Below, one piece after another: positions 46,967 through 54,972 of a stretch of DNA of 64,000 nt. Made by a program: the position numbers and the translations under genes. Every line of letters starts with the position of its first letter. Position 1 is the first letter of the stretch. Origin of the DNA: Dehalococcoidia bacterium (GTDB lineage Bacteria; Chloroflexota; Dehalococcoidia; Lucifugimonadales; UBA3495); assembly GCA_963664375.1 (NCBI GenBank), contig OY761449.1:2026877-2090876 (forward strand), in the 5' to 3' direction. Under the pieces are notes generated by a model, which saw only the letters and a list, made by a program, of their open reading frames with translations, was not told where the DNA came from and did no database searches.

Positions 46967-47749
46967 TCACTCCGCTTCGGCACGTTCCAGTAGTAAGGTT
47001 ACGTAATCCACCAGTGCGCGAACATCCTCGATTACACGTTCGCGATCCATCACGGGCGACTCGATTCTGTGGTACTGGTAGATGACGGCATAATTGGTAA
47101 GGCTCGACAGTTCGCGGAATTGATTGGCGTCCACGGCTCCGGCCCATTCGAGTTGGTCGAAAAGCTCGTGCAGCATGTGAGTCAGCCGGTATTGGTTGCC
47201 TGTCAGGGCTATCCAGGCCTTGAGAGTCAACTCCGTCGCTCTCTCCGCGTGGAACCCAAAGTCCTCTTCTCGAACATCCGGGTTTCGCAGGATTCCCAGC
47301 GTGACAAGCTGGCCGTGGGCCATTTCTACCAGTTCTCGCACATGGGGCAGTTCCGTCACCGTTTCCTCTCCGGGCAGCGTTTCGTGGGAGCCGAACAGGA
47401 CCCTGCCCTCCCGCCAGATGCGCCCGGCCACATGATTGATCGAGCGCTTTTTGGCTCTGAAGTCCGGTTCCGCCCAAACCCTCACGTCGACCCGGCGGAA
47501 CAGTTTGCCGCTGACCGACTTTGCGACGGTGAAGCCTTGGGCTTCCAGGTCTATTCGCCGCTGAGGCTCCAGAGATTTATCGGGTTCGCCGAGGATTACG
47601 GCGATATCCACGTCGCTGTAATCCTTGAAGTCGCCCCTGGCGCGGGAGCCGAACAGCAAGACGCACTGTGCGCCCAGCGCCTGCCCCACGGCTGTCCCTA
47701 TGGCCTGAATGGAGGCTTGAACTTCAACGTCAACGGCTGAGGTTACCAT
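46967..47749 (-). CDS. fused nucleotidyltransferase (MNT) - HEPN domain protein
   Basis: The N-terminus has LLFGSRARGDFKDYSDVDIAV (GSxxRG...SDxD). The C-terminus has a HEPN-like AERATELTLKAWIALTGNQYRLTHMLHELF. Confidence 0.8.
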   Translation of the reverse strand: MVTSAVDVEVQASIQAIGTAVGQALGAQCVLLFGSRARGDFKDYSDVDIAVILGEPDKSLEPQRRIDLEAQGFTVAKSVSGKLFRRVDVRVWAEPDFRAKKRSINHVAGRIWREGRVLFGSHETLPGEETVTELPHVRELVEMAHGQLVTLGILRNPDVREEDFGFHAERATELTLKAWIALTGNQYRLTHMLHELFDQLEWAGAVDANQFRELSSLTNYAVIYQYHRIESPVMDRERVIEDVRALVDYVTLLLERAEAE

Positions 47750-47752
47750 TTC

Positions 47753-47953
47753 CTAACCAAGCACCTCGGCGATGTCCTGCGCGAATATCATATCCTCCGT
47801 CCCCACCAGCTCCGGGTCGTCAGGCGAGGTCAGGTACTTGGCGAATACCCACACGCCGTCCTTGGGGTTGCTCACCACCTCGGCGGTCGCCCCGTGGATC
47901 GTCGAGATGGTTGCGCCCTCCGCGATGGTTATCAGGTTGATCACATCCGCCAT
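47753..47953 (-). CDS. hypothetical small protein (66 aa)
   Basis: It ends 3 nt before the MNT-HEPN start. It is beta-rich with no recognised family. Confidence 0.5.
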   Translation of the reverse strand: MADVINLITIAEGATISTIHGATAEVVSNPKDGVWVFAKYLTSPDDPELVGTEDMIFAQDIAEVLG

Positions 47954-47989
47954 TTGCCCGTCTCCATTAACGGTTACTCGCTATGTACC

Positions 47990-48081
47990 GTCATTCCCGC
48001 GAAAGCGGGAATCCAGGGACTTCTGCCCCGGAATGTTTACCTTCCCTCGGCACCCTGGATTCCCGCTTTCGCGGGAATGAC
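47990..48081. repeat. MITE-like inverted-repeat element (family 2)
   Basis: Arms gtcattcccgcgaaagcgggaatccagg and cctggattcccgctttcgcgggaatgac separated by 36 nt. Confidence 0.8.
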
Positions 48082-48119
48082 GGGGATTTGCGCAGGGATG
48101 CGCAGGGACAGGAATAATT

Positions 48120-48665
48120 TCAGAAGAAGAACGTCAGGTTCTTGGCCATCAGCACGTTCTGGTCGAGGATGACCTTGCGCTCGGCGATTTTCCAGCCGCC
48201 GTTCTCGCGGCGCAGCACGTCCTCGCGCTTGCCGATCAGGAAGTCGGTCTCTGTCTCCACCCGGTTGCGGTAGATCAGGAACCGGCACTTGATCGACACT
48301 TCGGTCGCGTCTTCCGCCGAGGGAGTGGCGCTCAGGATTTGCACGTTGGACACCATGTGGCAGATGCGGGACAGCGGCTCCTCGGCCCAGTGCACGCCGG
48401 TCAAAATCTGGTTCACCCGGCGTTCCAACGTGTCCTTGCCCTCGTCGAACCAGTTGATGTCATAGCCCTCGCGAGTAAATTCCCGGTCCAGTTCCCCGAA
48501 CTTGACGTTGCGGCGCATGGGCATCCAGTACCGGATGTCGTCGGTGAGCAGTTCCAGCCACTCGGCGAAGCGGCGGTCATCCAGCAACTCCGCCTCGTGG
48601 TACAGGAGCTCCTCCACGTCGTGCTTCAGCAGCATTTGGGCGACGATCGCCCCTACCGTCGTCAT
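48120..48665 (-). CDS. aromatic ring-hydroxylating dioxygenase beta subunit
   Basis: SnoaL-like beta-subunit pattern (LLYHEAELLDDRRFAEWLELLTDDIRYWMP). It overlaps the alpha stop (ATGA). Confidence 0.9.
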   Translation of the reverse strand: MTTVGAIVAQMLLKHDVEELLYHEAELLDDRRFAEWLELLTDDIRYWMPMRRNVKFGELDREFTREGYDINWFDEGKDTLERRVNQILTGVHWAEEPLSRICHMVSNVQILSATPSAEDATEVSIKCRFLIYRNRVETETDFLIGKREDVLRRENGGWKIAERKVILDQNVLMAKNLTFFF

Positions 48666-50107
48666 GCCAGGCTCTCCACGCGCACGGCAGCGCCGTTATC
48701 GCCGCCCGTCATGAGCTTGCCTAAGGATGCCCCGTTGGAGTGGCCGTTGCGCCAGTTCGCCAGTTCGTCCCAGTCCTTTGCCGTCAGGAACTCGGCCCAG
48801 CGGGTGTAGAAGCCGCGCTGGTTCTGCTCGGCCGCCTTGGCGACAGTCACGTTGCGGATCTGCCCCGGCAGCTCCAGCCCGTCGGTATCGTAGGGCGGCG
48901 CTTCATGGCCCATGCCCATCTGGTAGTTGTACGGGTATCGGCGGGCGATGGAGCCCCGGCTGGCGTTGTGGGCGTAGTTCCAGTTCTCCATGTCGTCCTG
49001 CTCGGTCAGACCGGCCGGGCCGGAGTAGCTGATGTAATACTTGCGCAGGAACTCCTTGACCTCTGCGGGAGCGTTCTTGTCCACCAGGAACCAGCGCCAC
49101 GCCTCGTGGCTCTCCGGCGTGCGCGGGTGCCACACGGCGATGGTGCGCGGCTGGCGGGGCAGGTAGGAAAAGTTGGGGAACACCGTGCCCGGGCCGGGGA
49201 TGAACCTCGACCACTTGCCGTAGTTCTTCCGCCGCTCGTTCTCGCAGTGGGCAAAATAGTCGGAGACGATCTTGGAGTGCTGGTAGGCGCCGATGGGCGC
49301 GTCGTCGGGCCGCAGGAAACTTATGGTGCCGTGGCCGCGCTCTGGGAAGGAGAAATCCAGCGCGGTGGCCCCGACCCGTTCCTGCGTGTCCCGCCGTCCG
49401 CTGCCGCTGGGGCCCACGCCCACCAGGTCAACGGAGCGGTGGCTGATATTGTGGTAGCGGTCGCCGATGAAGTTCTCAGAGGGGAATTTCCAGTTGCAGG
49501 GAATCACCCATTTTTCGATGCCGCCGAAGACTTCCGTCTCGCCCCCTGCTCCGTCCCAAGTGTCCAGCAGGAAGTCGAGATAGGTCTTGTAGCCGCCCAG
49601 GTACTCCGCGAAGGATGGAGCGCGCTCGTCCCAGGTGGCCCACACGGTGCCTTTGTAGATGCAGAGTTTCGGCACCTCGATCAATCCCCACTGCGACTTG
49701 TCCAAAGCGCCCTTGTAGGCGTCCTTGAAGTAGGGCACGCCGACCAGCTTGCCGTCGGTGGCGAAGCTCCAGCCGTGGTAGGGGCAACTGAACACCGGCG
49801 TGTTGCCCTCGTCGTAGCGGCAGACCTTCATGCCGCGGTGGGTGCAGGAGTTGAGGAAGACGTGCACTTCGCCTTCCCGGTCCCGGCAGAGAATTACCGA
49901 CTCTTCGCCCATGCAGGACACGAAGTAGTCGCCGGGCTTCGGGACTTGCGAAACGTGCCCCACGAAGAGCCAGGCCCGGGCGAAAAGCATCTCCTGTTCC
50001 TGGGCATAGATCTCTTCGTTGACGAAAATCTCGCGGCTTACCGTGCCAGCGGCCATGTCCACCATGCCCGCCAGCGAACGGTTCCCGTTGCTATGGCCGT
50101 TCTGCAT
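48662..50107 (-). CDS. Rieske-type aromatic ring-hydroxylating dioxygenase alpha subunit (copy 1)
   Basis: Rieske CTHRGMKVC...CPYHGW and the catalytic-domain motif DRYHNISHRS. ATG 50107 follows taaggagg; the track N-terminus (to 50404) is a translated REP plus the neighbouring gene. Confidence 0.93.
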   Translation of the reverse strand: MQNGHSNGNRSLAGMVDMAAGTVSREIFVNEEIYAQEQEMLFARAWLFVGHVSQVPKPGDYFVSCMGEESVILCRDREGEVHVFLNSCTHRGMKVCRYDEGNTPVFSCPYHGWSFATDGKLVGVPYFKDAYKGALDKSQWGLIEVPKLCIYKGTVWATWDERAPSFAEYLGGYKTYLDFLLDTWDGAGGETEVFGGIEKWVIPCNWKFPSENFIGDRYHNISHRSVDLVGVGPSGSGRRDTQERVGATALDFSFPERGHGTISFLRPDDAPIGAYQHSKIVSDYFAHCENERRKNYGKWSRFIPGPGTVFPNFSYLPRQPRTIAVWHPRTPESHEAWRWFLVDKNAPAEVKEFLRKYYISYSGPAGLTEQDDMENWNYAHNASRGSIARRYPYNYQMGMGHEAPPYDTDGLELPGQIRNVTVAKAAEQNQRGFYTRWAEFLTAKDWDELANWRNGHSNGASLGKLMTGGDNGAAVRVESLA

Positions 50108-50123
50108 CGTCTCCTCCTTAATC

Positions 50124-50163
50124 TCCCTCTCCCTTGAGGGAGAGGGCTGGGGTGAGGGTGAAA
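50124..50163. repeat. REP-like element (family 1)
   Basis: tccctctcccttgagggagagggctggggtgagggtgaaa. Confidence 0.8.
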
Positions 50164-50183
50164 TCCCTGCCGCCAGCCACTCT

Positions 50184-51059
50184 TCAGTTTCCCCGCAACT
50201 CCGCGCTGGCCAGTTGCTCGAGGATGCGGGCCACGGCGGGGTAGCCGTCCTGCCCCATTCCCTGGGTCTGCGCCCGCTGGAACATGTCGTCGGCGATTGC
50301 GCCGATGGCGGCGGGGGCCTGCACCTCGCGGGCCAGCTCGCAGGCCAGGTGAATGTCCTTGGCCACGATGTCCAGCGTGCCGTTGGACGCGAAGCTGCGG
50401 TCAAGGATAACGTCGGTCGAGCGGTTCAGCACGCCGCTGGACCCGGCGCTGACCGGAATGATCTTAGCCAGCACGTCCAGGTCGATTCCGGCCTTGGCCC
50501 CGATCAGCATGCCCTCAACCCCGGCGATAAATGCGCAGTATCCGAGGTATTGCGTAACCAGCTTGGCGATACACCCTGATGCCGTCTCCCCGACGTAGAA
50601 CACGTCGCGGCCCATGCACTCCAGCACGGCGCGGTGCTTTTCGAAGACTGCCTGATCGCCGCCGACCATCATGGTCATCGCTGGCGGGCGTCCACTCACT
50701 GGCGAGTCCAGCATCTCGACGCCGCGCCGCTGGCACTCCTCGGCGAGCCGCCGAATCAGGGACGGGGAGTTGGTGGTGGTGTCGATCCACGCCCCTCCCC
50801 TCGGCAGTCCGGCGAGAATGCCGGTGTCCGGGTCCAGCACCACCCGTTCGGCCTCCGTCGGCCCGGGCAGCGAGGTGAACACCACCGGCGCAGCCTCCGC
50901 CACGGCGCGGGGGCTGTCGGCCCAGTGGGCGCCCAGCTCGCACAGGTTGGTGGTGGCCTCGCGGCGCACGTCGTATACCGTCACGTTGTGCCCGGCGTCC
51001 AGCAGGCAGCGGGCCATGGGGTTGCCCATCGTTCCGGTGCCGATGTATCCAACGTCCAT
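50184..51059 (-). CDS. NAD(P)-dependent oxidoreductase (3-hydroxyisobutyrate / 6-phosphogluconate dehydrogenase-like)
   Basis: VGYIGTGTMGNPMARCLLDAGHNVTVYDV Rossmann N-terminus and a HIBADH-type C-terminal domain. Confidence 0.88.
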   Translation of the reverse strand: MDVGYIGTGTMGNPMARCLLDAGHNVTVYDVRREATTNLCELGAHWADSPRAVAEAAPVVFTSLPGPTEAERVVLDPDTGILAGLPRGGAWIDTTTNSPSLIRRLAEECQRRGVEMLDSPVSGRPPAMTMMVGGDQAVFEKHRAVLECMGRDVFYVGETASGCIAKLVTQYLGYCAFIAGVEGMLIGAKAGIDLDVLAKIIPVSAGSSGVLNRSTDVILDRSFASNGTLDIVAKDIHLACELAREVQAPAAIGAIADDMFQRAQTQGMGQDGYPAVARILEQLASAELRGN

Positions 51060-51062
51060 CTG

Positions 51063-51623
51063 TTACTCCGAAATACCGTTATCGCTGGCCCCGAATCCGC
51101 TTTCGCCAGCGGTGTGTTTCAGCGAAAACCCCACGGGAGACGAATCCCCGATTTGGAGGTCATTATTGCCGGTTAGTGCCCGGAGCCGCCTGAGTTGCGT
51201 GTTCGAGGAGATAGTGGACGGTCGGGGCTCCATCTGCTGCAAGGCTTCCAGTGCGTGGAGCGCTTGCTCTGCTGCCCGGATCGTCTCCCTTATCTCATCG
51301 ATAGTGCGCTGATTCTCGTAGAAGTTTTGGTGGCCGTTGTGGTACACCTCGGAAAGGAGCTCGCTGAGCTCAATATCACCGAATTCCAGGACGATTTGAC
51401 TGCCGATGTTCCGTATCTGCTGATGATTTCCGTGATGCCACCCGCGTAACTCGCCGATGACTTTCAGGTTCTGTGCGACCGCGCCCCAGGCCTTCTCCCC
51501 GGCTTGCAGGCGGTCGCCGTCCAACAGGTGTTGCGCGGCTTGATAGAGGAACCGCCGTCCGATTGTACGGCGGTCCTCTGCCCTTTGTGTTCCTGGTTCG
51601 GGTAGTGGGGGTAGATCGGCCAT
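51063..51623 (-). CDS. PaREP1-like (HEPN-superfamily) protein
   Basis: FLYQAAQHLLDGDRLQAGEKAWGAVAQNLK ... HNGHQNFYENQ matches the PaREP1 pattern (GDL-QASEK-WGA ... LH-NFYE). The ATG is at 51623. A paralog lies at 57463-57861. Confidence 0.6.
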   Translation of the reverse strand: MADLPPLPEPGTQRAEDRRTIGRRFLYQAAQHLLDGDRLQAGEKAWGAVAQNLKVIGELRGWHHGNHQQIRNIGSQIVLEFGDIELSELLSEVYHNGHQNFYENQRTIDEIRETIRAAEQALHALEALQQMEPRPSTISSNTQLRRLRALTGNNDLQIGDSSPVGFSLKHTAGESGFGASDNGISE

Positions 51624-51643
51624 GGCGATCCTTCTCCAGGCCC

Positions 51644-52525
51644 TTAGTCGGCGGCGGCGGGCTGCGGCACGGGGCGGTGGCCCCAGATGCTGCCCTTCTC
51701 GTGGCGCACCACCTGCCATGTGGCGTCGTCCACCGTCCGCGCGCCCCAGCCGTATTCCACGTCGAACCCGGACGGCGTCTTCATGTAGAAGGACGTCATG
51801 TGGTCGTTGGTGTGGCGGCCCAGCCCGCGGGTGATGTTGATGTCCTCGGCGTCCAGCACCAGGTCGTAGGTGGAGCCGACGTCATTCATGCCCTGGGTCT
51901 GGAGCATGAAGTGGTTGAGCTTCTTGGTGGCGCGGCCCTTGGCCTCGATCAGGGCCAGGGTGTGGTGGCGCGGGTTGCAATGGAAGAAGACCAGGTTGCG
52001 GATGTAGTCGCTGATTTTCATGCCCAGCACGTCGCGGTAGAAGGCCACCGCCCGGTCCAGGTCGTCGACGTGGTACACCACGTGGCCCAGGCCCTGCTCG
52101 CCGGTGACGAAACCGGAGATGGGACGCGGCGAGTTGAACGGGTTGTCGAAGCTCACTGGCGGGCCGTAGTAGACCTCGGTGGGGGTGCCGTCGGGATCCT
52201 CGAACTTGATCAGGCCCTCTACCTTGCGCTCTTTCGCCTCATCGGGCGTGCCAGTGGACACCTCGATGCCGGCCTCGCGCAGTTGCTCGGCCATCTCTGC
52301 CAGGGCCTCCCGGTCGGTGACCTGGAAGCCGACGAATTCCACGTCGTCCTTGCCTGTCGGGCTGACGATGAAGCGGTGACTGTACTCGTCCATCCGCATG
52401 GTCAGCACGCCGTCGCCGTCGACGCCGTTGGATTGTAGCCCCAGCACCTCGGTGCCGAAATGCTCCCATTCCTCGATGTTGCTTGCGCTGATACCGATAT
52501 AGCCCAGTTGGGTAACATTGGCCAT
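51644..52525 (-). CDS. extradiol ring-cleavage dioxygenase (type I, VOC superfamily; BphC/catechol 2,3-dioxygenase-like)
   Basis: Two VOC repeats (LGYIGISASN..., LGHVVYHVDD...). ATG 52525 follows gaaggagg. Confidence 0.9.
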   Translation of the reverse strand: MANVTQLGYIGISASNIEEWEHFGTEVLGLQSNGVDGDGVLTMRMDEYSHRFIVSPTGKDDVEFVGFQVTDREALAEMAEQLREAGIEVSTGTPDEAKERKVEGLIKFEDPDGTPTEVYYGPPVSFDNPFNSPRPISGFVTGEQGLGHVVYHVDDLDRAVAFYRDVLGMKISDYIRNLVFFHCNPRHHTLALIEAKGRATKKLNHFMLQTQGMNDVGSTYDLVLDAEDINITRGLGRHTNDHMTSFYMKTPSGFDVEYGWGARTVDDATWQVVRHEKGSIWGHRPVPQPAAAD

Positions 52526-52550
52526 GATGATTCCTCCTTCAGTCTTATTC

Positions 52551-52699
52551 TCCCTCTCCCTTGAGGGAGAGGGTTGGGGTGAGGGTGATTTTGCAATCAT
52601 AAGTGTCCTTTCAATTCAGACACAACCCCGCCTCACCCTACCGATACTTGTACTAGCGATTTCCCCCCCACCCTAACCCTCCCCCGCTGGGGGAGGGGA
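52551..52699. repeat. pair of REP-like elements (one each orientation)
   Basis: 52551-52588 tccctctcccttgagggagagggttggggtgagggtga; 52664-52699 ccccccaccctaaccctcccccgctgggggagggg. Confidence 0.8.
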
Positions 52700-52721
52700 T
52701 TTTGCGGTTGAGAGGATTTTG

Positions 52722-54023
52722 TTACTTGGCGTCCATCATCCTGACCCAGCCGGAATAGAAGCCCCTGGCGTTCTCCTCGCAGATACCCTCGGTGAGCACG
52801 CCGGGGAGGTCCACGTCCTCAGCGAAGTGACCGATACCCATCTGATAGTTGTAGGGCTTGCGGCGGGCGATGGCGCCCCGGCTGGCCTTGTGGGCGTAGT
52901 TCCAGTTCTCCATGTCGTCCTGCTCGGTCATCCCGCCCGGCCCGGAGTAGCGGATGTAGTAGTGGCGCAGCACGTCCTTAACCTCTTCCGGCGTGTCCTT
53001 GTCCACCAGGAACCAGCGCCAGGCCTCCGTCAGGTTCGGCCCCCGCGGGTGCCACACGGCGATGGAGCGCGGCTGGCGCGCCAGGTAGGACATGTTCGGG
53101 AACACGGTGCCCACCACTCCCAGCAGGTTGGTCTTGCCGTCCAGACGGCGGCGGCGCTCCGCCTCCATGTAACGGAAGTACTCGCCCACGTCCGCCGTGT
53201 TTTGGAAGGTGGCAATCTGCGGCGTTTCCGGCGGGAACAGTTCCACCACGGCGGCATGACCGCGCCCCGGCATTGAGACATTGATGCGTTTCCCCGCCTT
53301 GTACTCGGCGTCGTCCCTGCGCCCCACTCCGCTGGGGCCGATGCCCACCAGGTCCACCGAGCGGTGGCTGATGTTGTGGTAGCCGTCCCCGGCGAAGTTC
53401 TCGGCGGCGAACTTCCAGTTGTTGGGCATGGTCCACTTCTGGACGCCGCCCAGAATTTCCGAGCCGCCCTCGCTGCCGTCCCGCCCGTCCATCAGCAGGT
53501 CGAGGTAGAGGGTGAAGTCGCCCACGTATTCCTGGAACGATGGGCCGTCCTTGTCCCACGATGCCCAGATGCCGCCCTTGTAGTTGTGTATCTGCGGCAC
53601 CTCGATGAGGCCCCACTGCGACTTGTCCAGCGCGCCCTTGTAGGCGTCCTTGAAGTACGGCACGCCGACCAGCTTGCCGTCGGTGGCGAAGCTCCAGCCG
53701 TGGTAGGGGCAACTGAACACCGGCGTGTTGCCCTCGTCGTAGCGGCAGACCTTCATCCCGCGGTGGGTGCATGAGTTGAGGAAGACGTGAATTTCGCCCT
53801 CGCGGTCGCGGCAGAGGATGACCGATTCCTCGCCCATGCTGGACACGAAGTAGTCGCCGGGCTTGGGAACCTGGGTCTCGTGGCCCACGAACAGCCAGGC
53901 TTTGGAGAACACCTGCTCCTGTTCCTGGGCGTAGATATCCTCGTTGATGAATATCTCGCGGCTGATCTGGCCGCCGTCAAGGTCAACAATGCTGCCCAGC
54001 GTCCGGCTAGTCGTCGTCGCCAT
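52722..54023 (-). CDS. Rieske-type aromatic ring-hydroxylating dioxygenase alpha subunit (copy 2, no adjacent beta)
   Basis: Same Rieske and catalytic motifs as copy 1. ATG 54023 follows ggggag. Confidence 0.92.
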   Translation of the reverse strand: MATTTSRTLGSIVDLDGGQISREIFINEDIYAQEQEQVFSKAWLFVGHETQVPKPGDYFVSSMGEESVILCRDREGEIHVFLNSCTHRGMKVCRYDEGNTPVFSCPYHGWSFATDGKLVGVPYFKDAYKGALDKSQWGLIEVPQIHNYKGGIWASWDKDGPSFQEYVGDFTLYLDLLMDGRDGSEGGSEILGGVQKWTMPNNWKFAAENFAGDGYHNISHRSVDLVGIGPSGVGRRDDAEYKAGKRINVSMPGRGHAAVVELFPPETPQIATFQNTADVGEYFRYMEAERRRRLDGKTNLLGVVGTVFPNMSYLARQPRSIAVWHPRGPNLTEAWRWFLVDKDTPEEVKDVLRHYYIRYSGPGGMTEQDDMENWNYAHKASRGAIARRKPYNYQMGIGHFAEDVDLPGVLTEGICEENARGFYSGWVRMMDAK

Positions 54024-54162
54024 TGGCACGCTCCCCGCCAAGTCTCAGTTAACGCAAAGTATACACGATAACGGCGCTCGGAACGGAAGCAGGGGCCGAA
54101 GCTGAATTGCGGGGCCGCGCCCGCCCCGTTTAGAATGACATGGACGGCAGCAGGAGAATCCG

Positions 54163-54852
54163 GTGACTACCATCAACTCTCAGGAAGATTTCCTACAAGC
54201 CCTTGACGATAATCCCCAATGGAGGGAAGCCGTTCGCGCCCGGATTCTGGGTGACGATTTGATGCAGCTTCCCGCCCGTTTCGATGCTTTCGTGGAGCGC
54301 ACTGAAGCGTTCATGGCGCGCACTGAAGCCTTTATGGTGCAAACCAACCGGATCCTTGAACAGCAATACGCCCTCAACGAGCGGCTGGCGCAACGCATGG
54401 ACCGTCTGGAGGGTGACTTTTCCGTTTTCAAGGGCGAATACGCCCGCCAGAGAACGGTCCAAGATGCAAAGGGCATTGTCGAGGATATGGGGTTTGAGTA
54501 CGTGCGCACTCTTTTGATGGACGACCTAACGCAAATGGCTAGGAACGCTCTCGATAATGACAGCCTGCGGGAGCGCCGCGACCAGCTCCGCAGCTTCCGC
54601 AACGCCGACCTGGTAATCGAGACGAAAGACGGCGCGGCGACCAAGTACGTCGCCATCGAAATATCCTTCACCGCCGACCACCGCGAGACCGACCGGGCGG
54701 AAAGGAACGCCGAACTGCTGACCGAGTTCACCGGAGCGCCCGCCGTCCCCGCCGTCGCCAGCGTCAGGAACGACAAGTACGTCGAGCGCCAAGTGGAGCT
54801 GTCCCGCGTCTACTGGCACCCCCTCGAAGACCGAACGCCGCGGCCTGAGTGA
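54163..54852 (+). CDS. hypothetical protein: coiled-coil N-terminus, possible PD-(D/E)XK-like C-terminal domain
   Basis: GTG start after aggaga. It contains a duplicated ERTEAFMARTEAFM segment, and the C-terminal ADLVIETKDG...YVAIEISF resembles a nuclease core. The family assignment (DUF3782-like) is tentative. Confidence 0.55.
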   Translation: MTTINSQEDFLQALDDNPQWREAVRARILGDDLMQLPARFDAFVERTEAFMARTEAFMVQTNRILEQQYALNERLAQRMDRLEGDFSVFKGEYARQRTVQDAKGIVEDMGFEYVRTLLMDDLTQMARNALDNDSLRERRDQLRSFRNADLVIETKDGAATKYVAIEISFTADHRETDRAERNAELLTEFTGAPAVPAVASVRNDKYVERQVELSRVYWHPLEDRTPRPE

Positions 54853-54972
54853 CGGCCGCTGTACTCAGGCAATTTGATGACACTTGCTTGTTTACAGGTT
54901 CAGCGCTTGACGCTAGCATCCGGATATGACCATTCAGATTCAGAATCAAGCGCCGTAGCGCAAGGCTGATTG

